Positions 57,371 through 64,000 of a DNA stretch of 64,000 nt are shown here, in pieces. The position numbers and the translations under genes were made by a program. The notes under the pieces were generated by a model that saw only the letters and a list, made by a program, of their open reading frames with translations, was not told the DNA's origin and ran no database searches. Origin of the DNA: Candidatus Latescibacterota bacterium (GTDB lineage Bacteria > Latescibacterota > UBA2968); NCBI GenBank assembly GCA_965207885.1, contig OZ242311.1, forward strand, positions 4,608,001 to 4,672,000, written 5' to 3'. Numbering within the stretch: position 1 is the first letter of the stretch; every line of letters starts with the position of its first letter.

Positions 57371-59113
57371 CTATCGCGAGCCATCGACTTGTACTGTAAT
57401 AATGTCTATGCCGTGATATTTCCGGTGGCGCACAGAAGACGCGTAATGCCGCAACAGGCGGAACGATATCTCGCTTTCTTCCGGAACTTCGACCTGTTCG
57501 CTCAGGTACGCCAGTTGGTCTTCGATGTTCTCCTCCTCGAAGACCGCCAGGAACTCTATCTCTATTGTCCCGTTGTTGGGACGCGCAAAGAGGATCAACT
57601 TCGGCGCATTATCAGCCGTGTAGTTACCCCCCAGCTGTAACAGACTCGACAGTGCCTCCTCACCGGCGGCACGCAGCCGCTCCGTCGAAGCATCATTCCA
57701 GCCGATCCTGGAAGCGAGGTCGCGGAGTAATGCGTCAATCCTGGGCAGAGCGGAGATGTCCAACGCGGTCTCCAGGCGTCTGCGCCTCGGGTTGGTCAGC
57801 TCTGTGAATGAGGTCATCAGAATCGCAGCCAGAACGCCGGCTGTCATGCCGTTGCCGAGTGACGCGCCCCACGTCTGGCCCAGCAGGTCCAGGAAGATGT
57901 TCTGATTCTCCAGGCCCACTCCTATTGAGAGTGCCAGGCCCACCGACAGAGCCTTTCGATGATCGAGACCGTCCTGAAAGACTGTCCTCATACCTTCCAC
58001 GAAGAGCAGCCCCATTATCATCAACAGGAAAGCTCCCATGACGTGACTGGGAATTGTGAGCAGGATAGTCGCCGCCTTGGGCAAGAACGCCAGTCCGAAT
58101 AAGATGCCCCCAATAATATATCCAACGCTGCGTGCTGCGACTCCAGTGAGGGTGATGAGCGACACGCAGGAAGGCGAATAGATTATAGTGGGTAGCGTTC
58201 CCGCAATTCCGGATAGCAGCGCGCCCAGTCCGTTGGTGTTGAGTGTGCCCTGGACCAGGCGGAAATCGGTCGCCTGTGGCCTGCGTCGCGAAATCTGTTG
58301 TATGACAACGCTATCGCCACTGGTCTTGATGGCGACTACGAGACTCACAATCACGAACACCGGCAGAAGTGCCCAGAACTCCGCACCCGGTCTCAGGTCG
58401 AGCCCCGCCCATACTGCGATATCCGGCAGGTCAAACCAGGGTGCTTCGATTATTCGCCGAGCATCGTACAGTCCGAAGTATGCGGCGACCGCGCAACCCG
58501 TTGCGATTCCGATAAGTGGCGACCACAGCCGCCAAATCCCTGAAGCGCGCAGTGCCAGTGCTACGGCGACGATCAGTGTCACTGCAGCACTGACTATACC
58601 CGCGGCCAGAGGCACCCCTTCGGGTACTTCTTTCAGCCCGTCGAATGCGATTGTCATGACTGTGACTGCTATCAGCATGAGCGCTGTGCCTGAGACGACC
58701 GGCGTGATGATGCGCCGCAGCAGCGGGAGCCAGGCGGCCAGCGCGAACTGCATTAGTGACGACACGACGATGAGACTCGCCAGCATGGACAGGTCGCCCT
58801 CCTTTAGCGCCAGGACAGAGATCGCTATGAAGTGAGGTCCGGCACCTGTCATGAGCACCTGCCCAGATCCCAGCCGTCCGACCCGACTAGCCTGTAGCGC
58901 AGTAATAACGCCACCGATTATAAGCGAGGAAAAGATGGCCCACGATAGGTAGTGATCACTCTGGCCGGCCGCACGGAAGATAATGGTTACAAACAACACC
59001 GTGTTGGCCAGAGTAAGCATGACACCCTGAAAGGCGACACCAATCGACACTGAGGGAGGACACCGCTCGTCAGGCTCGTATTGAATGGTTTCATTTTTGT
59101 GCGCTATACTCAA
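57371..59113 (-). CDS. NCS2 (xanthine/uracil) permease fused to a degenerate RsbW-like HATPase domain
   Basis: YEPDE.CP, RRIITPVVSG, ITLTGVAAR; soluble tail with anti-sigma kinase fold pattern; TTG start after GGGAG. Confidence 0.8.
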   Translation of the reverse strand: MSIAHKNETIQYEPDERCPPSVSIGVAFQGVMLTLANTVLFVTIIFRAAGQSDHYLSWAIFSSLIIGGVITALQASRVGRLGSGQVLMTGAGPHFIAISVLALKEGDLSMLASLIVVSSLMQFALAAWLPLLRRIITPVVSGTALMLIAVTVMTIAFDGLKEVPEGVPLAAGIVSAAVTLIVAVALALRASGIWRLWSPLIGIATGCAVAAYFGLYDARRIIEAPWFDLPDIAVWAGLDLRPGAEFWALLPVFVIVSLVVAIKTSGDSVVIQQISRRRPQATDFRLVQGTLNTNGLGALLSGIAGTLPTIIYSPSCVSLITLTGVAARSVGYIIGGILFGLAFLPKAATILLTIPSHVMGAFLLMIMGLLFVEGMRTVFQDGLDHRKALSVGLALSIGVGLENQNIFLDLLGQTWGASLGNGMTAGVLAAILMTSFTELTNPRRRRLETALDISALPRIDALLRDLASRIGWNDASTERLRAAGEEALSSLLQLGGNYTADNAPKLILFARPNNGTIEIEFLAVFEEENIEDQLAYLSEQVEVPEESEISFRLLRHYASSVRHRKYHGIDIITVQVDGSR

Positions 59114-59127
59114 AGATAGCTCCCAAT

Positions 59128-60408
59128 TCAAACTAATTTCGCAGGATCGTTGATGCGCGCGCCTTCGGGGGCAGGGACTGAGCCTGCCAGCAGTGGGTCG
59201 TCGGTTGTTTCCATCCAGGTTTGGAGGCGATGGCGCAGGTCGTCTAACGCGTCCTGATATTTGGGATCAGAGGCGAGATTGTTGGTCTCATATGGGTCAA
59301 AAATGAGGTCGTAGAGTTGTTCCGGGGGCTGGTTTTTCTGCCGCCAGCCCTGGGCGAGAAAGTAGGATTTGCTGGGACTGCCGTCGCAGTTGATGTCACC
59401 GGGACGCAGTGTGGGATACCAGTGGCGGATGTATTTCCATTTTTTTGTGCGTATGGCGCGTTGCGGGTCGTAATAGCTGTGGTAGTTGATTTCTGCAAAA
59501 ATTTCATCGTGGATTTCATCTGTTTCTTCGCGGATGAGTGGCAGTATGGATTTGCCTTGCAGCCAGTCTGGATGGTCTATGCCGATTACATCGCACAAGG
59601 TGGGGAAGAGGTCAGTTTGTGAGACCATTCCATCGATGACTTTGCCGCCTGAAAAACCCGGTCCGCGCATGATGAGCATGACGCCGATGCCGTGATCGGT
59701 GAGGTTGCATTTCATCATGGGAAATGCGATGCCGTGATCTGTGGTGCTTATGACGATGGTGTTGTCTGAGAGCTTGGCACTATCTATGGCGTCGAGGACG
59801 CGCCCGACTTCGGTATCGAGGATGCGAACGCAGGTTTTGTATGCAGCGGTGTCGTATCGAGTTTCGGGGGTGTCGGGTAAGGGCGCAGGGGGTATGCAAT
59901 AGCGCGGGTCGTCTCCGGGACCCGGTTCGGGGAAGCTGCGGTGGGTGACGGTATATCCGACGTCGAGGAAGAAGGGCTTGTCGTGAGACCGGTTGAGAAA
60001 TGCAATGGCCGCGTCGGAGGTCGCGCGTTGATTTTTCGCTGTGTCGAATATTTCGTCATAACCGATTTCCGAGGGATCGGCTGCTGGGGGACGGCCGACG
60101 TGCTGAAAACCCGATAGTGCGGTTGTGTAACCCGCTTTTTTGAGGGTGTGAACGAGGTGATGGCTGTAATCGTTGAGCCGAAATCCGCGGTGGGCAAGTC
60201 CCAGCATGCCACAACTGTGAGGCCATTGTCCAGTCAGGAGTGCGGCTCGGCTCGGCGAGCAGGTTGGGTTGGCGCAAAATGCCTGGCGAAAGAGAACGCC
60301 CTGTTCGGCGAGGCGCTGAAAATTTGGGGTGGGCATGGCATGTCCAAAGGGCTGAATGTAGCGACCCGTGTCGTGAGAGTGGATGTAGAGGATGTTTGGA
60401 TGAGACAT
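59128..60408 (-). CDS. Cys-type sulfatase (sulfamidase-like)
   Basis: PNILYIHSHD, CSPSRAALLTG, TTDHG, LYDLIFDPYE. Confidence 0.92.
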   Translation of the reverse strand: MSHPNILYIHSHDTGRYIQPFGHAMPTPNFQRLAEQGVLFRQAFCANPTCSPSRAALLTGQWPHSCGMLGLAHRGFRLNDYSHHLVHTLKKAGYTTALSGFQHVGRPPAADPSEIGYDEIFDTAKNQRATSDAAIAFLNRSHDKPFFLDVGYTVTHRSFPEPGPGDDPRYCIPPAPLPDTPETRYDTAAYKTCVRILDTEVGRVLDAIDSAKLSDNTIVISTTDHGIAFPMMKCNLTDHGIGVMLIMRGPGFSGGKVIDGMVSQTDLFPTLCDVIGIDHPDWLQGKSILPLIREETDEIHDEIFAEINYHSYYDPQRAIRTKKWKYIRHWYPTLRPGDINCDGSPSKSYFLAQGWRQKNQPPEQLYDLIFDPYETNNLASDPKYQDALDDLRHRLQTWMETTDDPLLAGSVPAPEGARINDPAKLV

Positions 60409-60426
60409 TGCATTCTCCTGTGATTG

Positions 60427-61842
60427 TTACGTATGCGATAGATACGCTCGGAGGTGTTTGAGGGCGCGGCCATTATCTATTGCTTCTCGCGCCTGTTGAA
60501 TTGCATCTTGGGGATCGGCGGTGAAACCGAGCAGATAATCTGTGAGGGCTGCATTGAGTACAATGCGGTCGTAAACAGGCCCTTTTTCGCCAGAGAGGGC
60601 TGCAAGACCGAGTTCGGCAAAGGTCTGCGCATCGACGGTGTTGGGACGTGGATTTTGTGTGTAGTGAAAGCCGTAAGTGGTGGGATTGATGTCGCAAGCA
60701 TAAGTTTGATCGACGCGAAAGCCCTGTGAAAAATTGATGGCGTTGCGCGTTTTATCGGTGGGTTTTCCCAGGCGAAGGGAAAAGTGGCTGGTGCCTTCTT
60801 CTCCCTTGATTGCGACTGCAGATGTAAATCCGGTCTCGCGTGCGATTTTCAGAAGGGGGATTTCGTATCCCGAATGGTAATAACCGATGACGATGTGATT
60901 GCTTCCAGAACAGGTGAAGATTTGCTGCGCTTTTTCTGTGGCAGACCACGGGGGGCGTTTGCCAATGTGGGCGCGAAGGTCGCGGGCTGCATAGGCCGCT
61001 GGCGCATATTCGCGCTGGCTGATGTAGGCAAAGCCAATCTCGGGATTTTCGAGTCGTTCTGCTGCTTCTGAAAGCGACAGATTGGTGCGGGCATTGAGGG
61101 CGTTGAGGATCTGTTCGTCGGTTACACCCCATTTGGGCGGCATGGCATCTACACCGTGAAGCACGGTGGGGCGACCGAGGGCTGCGCGCAGTGCTGCGAC
61201 AAAAAGGGTGGGTTTGAAGTAGCGGGTTGAGCCATTGTAGGGTTGACCAAAGTGGGTGAGGTTATTCACCTTTACTGTGTGGGCGCATTCGGGCGCAAAG
61301 GTCGAGTGGAGGTATCCGCGCACCTCGTCGTAGGATTCGAGGTTCATGCGTTGGCCTATCAGTGCGGCACCTTTGAAGCTGGCGCGAATGCTTTCGGTGA
61401 GAATGGCTTCGCACATAAGGCGCGTTTGGTCGTAGGTGAGATGACCACCGGCGAGAATGGTTTTTAGAGAGGCAATGATGGTTTGCTCGTCGGGTGATTC
61501 TGCGGGACAGTGATCTTTAAGGCCGAAGATATATTGCAGATCCGGTGAGAGGTGGGTTTGTAGATGGGGGGTATATTGTTCAAAGGCGTTGATTTCTGCC
61601 TGGCTCCAGGTTGTTTTGGGCGGGTAACTGCGCCGCAGACGCATGGCGGCAAAGAAGGATCCCATCTGGATATCGGAGACCGGATGATGCGCTTTGTTTT
61701 GCAGGGTATTGATGATGGCATCCAGTACGGGCTGCGGCTGTGGATCGCTGGATTTGTTGCCCAAAGGACGAGATTGCGTGGGGCCTGTACACACACGCGC
61801 CTGGGCTTCGAGGACGAGGGGATTGGGATCAAATAGTGGCAT
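60427..61842 (-). CDS. Anthranilate phosphoribosyltransferase-like (TrpD-like/YbiB type) protein
   Basis: FGQPYNG, VLHG..MPPKWG, R..IGKRPP, KGEEG, A.EAI.NGRAL; lacks canonical TrpD GTGGD. Confidence 0.7.
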   Translation of the reverse strand: MPLFDPNPLVLEAQARVCTGPTQSRPLGNKSSDPQPQPVLDAIINTLQNKAHHPVSDIQMGSFFAAMRLRRSYPPKTTWSQAEINAFEQYTPHLQTHLSPDLQYIFGLKDHCPAESPDEQTIIASLKTILAGGHLTYDQTRLMCEAILTESIRASFKGAALIGQRMNLESYDEVRGYLHSTFAPECAHTVKVNNLTHFGQPYNGSTRYFKPTLFVAALRAALGRPTVLHGVDAMPPKWGVTDEQILNALNARTNLSLSEAAERLENPEIGFAYISQREYAPAAYAARDLRAHIGKRPPWSATEKAQQIFTCSGSNHIVIGYYHSGYEIPLLKIARETGFTSAVAIKGEEGTSHFSLRLGKPTDKTRNAINFSQGFRVDQTYACDINPTTYGFHYTQNPRPNTVDAQTFAELGLAALSGEKGPVYDRIVLNAALTDYLLGFTADPQDAIQQAREAIDNGRALKHLRAYLSHT

Positions 61843-62012
61843 AGGATGAAAAGTATTGTGAGGCTACAGTGTTGTCAAGCGATTGAAAAGGATAAAGTCA
61901 CAGAGGGTGTAAAAGTGCTATACATCACCCCAATTTGTTTGTATTATGTTTCCCATTAGTCGCGTTTGGTGTTTTACGAGAGAGTATAAATCAAAAGCTG
62001 AGGAATTTTCCA

Positions 62013-63563
62013 ATGTTTTTCAGGTGTTCTCGTTTCGCTTTTCTGATGGGCCTGTTTCTGGCCCGTGATGCATTTGCACAGGAAGCTTTGGCTGGCGAGT
62101 CGTCTGGCGCGATACAGATGGTTATTGACGTATTGAATGCAGGCTTGGGTGCGATAACCAATTTTCTATCTTCGATTATATTTTTTGATTTTGGCCTGGG
62201 TATTCCACTCGTTATTATTGTGCTCGTAGGTGGTGGCCTTTATTACTCTTTTTATTGTCGCTGGATCTCTCTGCGCGGAATGAAACATTCGATTGATGTG
62301 ATTCGCGGAGGGTATGATAATCCGGATCATCCCGGTGAGATTTCGCATTTTAAAGCTCTGACCAGTGCGTTGTCTGCCACTGTGGGGCAGGGGAATATCG
62401 CGGGTGTAGCGATTGCTGTGAGTGCCGGTGGTCCCGGTGCTGTTTTCTGGATGATTGTCACGGCTTTTTTTGGTATGGCGTCCAAGTTTGTATCCTGTAC
62501 TCTGGCGGTGATGTACAGAAGAATCCATCCCGATGGGCGCGTGTCGGGTGGGCCAATGTACTATCTGGAACAGGGCTTAAAAGAAAAAGGCCTTGGGATT
62601 TTGGGGCGCGTGATGGCTGTGTTTTTTGCCGTGTTGACAGTTGGCGGTTCTCTGGGCATTGGCAATATGTTTCAGGTGAATCAGACAGTTGAAATGCTCG
62701 GTACTGTATTCGAGGGATTTAAGACCTATAACTGGGTTGTCGGGATTTTAATGGCGGGGGTAGTGGGCATTGTCATTAGTGGAGGTATCAAGCGCATTGG
62801 CACTGTCACAGCGAGCATTGTACCCTTCATGTGTGGTTTGTACGTGCTCACATCCTTTCTCATTATTCTCGCGCGTATTACCGAATTGCCCAATCTGATT
62901 GTGAATATCATTTCCCAGGCGTTTATACCTGAAGCCATATATGGTGGCTTCATGGGATCCCTGGTTCAAGGGGTACGCAGGGCGGCTTTTTCCAACGAAG
63001 CGGGGTTGGGTTCTGCGGCATTTGCCCACGCGGCAGCCAAAACTGATGAACCCGTGCGTCAGGGGATAGTGGCGATGATTGGACCATTTATTGACACCGT
63101 TATTATATGTTTAATGACGGCATTGGTTTGTATGATTACGGGTGCGTATCAGTTGCCCGAATTTCAAGGGCAAAGTGGGTATCTCGTGGGAATCCAGATG
63201 ACATCTGTGGCATTTGATTCGTTTGCGCCCGGGTCGCGTTATGTCATCGCAATTGTGGCAATGTTCTTTGCATATACGACGGTGATCGCGTGGGCATATT
63301 ACGGCGAGCGAGCGTGGGAATATCTTTTTGGATTGCGATCTACTCTGACGTATCGAATTGTTTTTGTGTGCTTTGTATTTATCGGGTCTGTCACCGCGCT
63401 AAAGAGTGTGGTCGATTTTTCCGACGCGATGATTTTTGCAATGGCGTTTCCGAATATTGTCGGCTGTATTATCATGAGTCCACAGATCAAAGACAGGCTC
63501 AACGAATACTGGGGGCGTTACAAGGCGGGTGAGATAAAGGCGTATCCGAGGAACGTATATTGA
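62013..63563 (+). CDS. Alanine/glycine:cation symporter (AGCS)
   Basis: ALSATVGQGNIAGVA, GGPGAVFWM, GGPMYY, FSNEAGLGSA. Confidence 0.95.
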   Translation: MFFRCSRFAFLMGLFLARDAFAQEALAGESSGAIQMVIDVLNAGLGAITNFLSSIIFFDFGLGIPLVIIVLVGGGLYYSFYCRWISLRGMKHSIDVIRGGYDNPDHPGEISHFKALTSALSATVGQGNIAGVAIAVSAGGPGAVFWMIVTAFFGMASKFVSCTLAVMYRRIHPDGRVSGGPMYYLEQGLKEKGLGILGRVMAVFFAVLTVGGSLGIGNMFQVNQTVEMLGTVFEGFKTYNWVVGILMAGVVGIVISGGIKRIGTVTASIVPFMCGLYVLTSFLIILARITELPNLIVNIISQAFIPEAIYGGFMGSLVQGVRRAAFSNEAGLGSAAFAHAAAKTDEPVRQGIVAMIGPFIDTVIICLMTALVCMITGAYQLPEFQGQSGYLVGIQMTSVAFDSFAPGSRYVIAIVAMFFAYTTVIAWAYYGERAWEYLFGLRSTLTYRIVFVCFVFIGSVTALKSVVDFSDAMIFAMAFPNIVGCIIMSPQIKDRLNEYWGRYKAGEIKAYPRNVY

Positions 63564-63570
63564 TAACTTT

Positions 63571-63604
63571 AAGACGGGTTGACCATCACAGGTGAACCCG
63601 TCTT
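63571..63604 (+). terminator. Probable terminator after the symporter
   Basis: AAGACGGGTT...AACCCGTCTT stem; weak U tract. Confidence 0.55.
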
Positions 63605-63859
63605 GTGTGTACTAAAAAGGTGAAAGACGAGATAATATGTTACTTTACAACTTGTCGTGTACTATGAAATAAGAGTTAAAAAAAGATTTGACTTTCGCAT
63701 AGACAAGTAATATTTTAGCTGAGCTTCTCAATTCCCTGCAAGAATACATCTCGCTATGGGGCGCAATGGCTCTTGACCGAATTGAGTGCATTTGTTTTTT
63801 GCACGCGACGTGCGACAAGAGCTTCCGTAGATAATTTTCACACATCAGGATACAGGTCC

Positions 63860-64000
63860 ATGGAGATTAAAACCCAAAAAGAAAATGGCATTTTAATCGC
63901 GAACGTGAATGGCCGGGTTGATAGTGCCAATGCCCGCGAGTTCGAAAATGTATTAAGCTCTGCAATCAGTGACGACGATACATGCGTGGTCGTAGATTTT
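63860..64000 (+). CDS. STAS domain anti-sigma factor antagonist (N-terminal part; runs off window end)
   Basis: Manual translation MEIKTQKENGILIANVNGRVDSANAREFENVL..VVVDF (GRxD motif). Confidence 0.85.
   Translation, partial: MEIKTQKENGILIANVNGRVDSANAREFENVLSSAISDDDTCVVVDF

Noticed and set aside
61843-62012. Glycine riboswitch upstream of the AGCS symporter
   Set aside because: No GGAGA..CCGAAG..CTCTCAGG aptamer motifs are visible.

Overview
Chromosomal 64 kb window from an uncultured diderm bacterium. The long-type ispG, the porX-tsaE synteny, two sulfatases and sugar-acid enzymes suggest the FCB group, possibly Latescibacterota/Gemmatimonadota-like; this placement is inference only. Most genes are housekeeping or metabolic: ispG, rpsU, a histidine kinase-porX-tsaE cluster, a full suf operon (sufBCDSU-sufT-rrf2-nfuA), lexA, dprA, kamA-like, murQ, clpX-like, rqcH, folD with a ZTP riboswitch, and an alanine/glycine symporter. 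Less explained parts are: (i) a defence/toxin-antitoxin islet at about 14.8-19 kb (Fic, a small TPR-like protein, a HEPN protein, two orphan antitoxins), punctuated by repeated fragments resembling the 3' end of a restriction-modification gene; (ii) two copies of an intergenic element with inverted 8-bp-periodic arms that supplies the stop codons of neighbouring genes; (iii) a cassette with an NCS2 permease fused to a catalytically degenerate RsbW-like domain, next to a beta-RFAP synthase homologue; (iv) a stand-alone PqqD/RRE gene pair; (v) a sigma54-type promoter on dprA and a candidate LexA operator. I found no CRISPR array, tRNA, rRNA, integrase or transposase. All calls are by-eye motif recognition; no searches were run.
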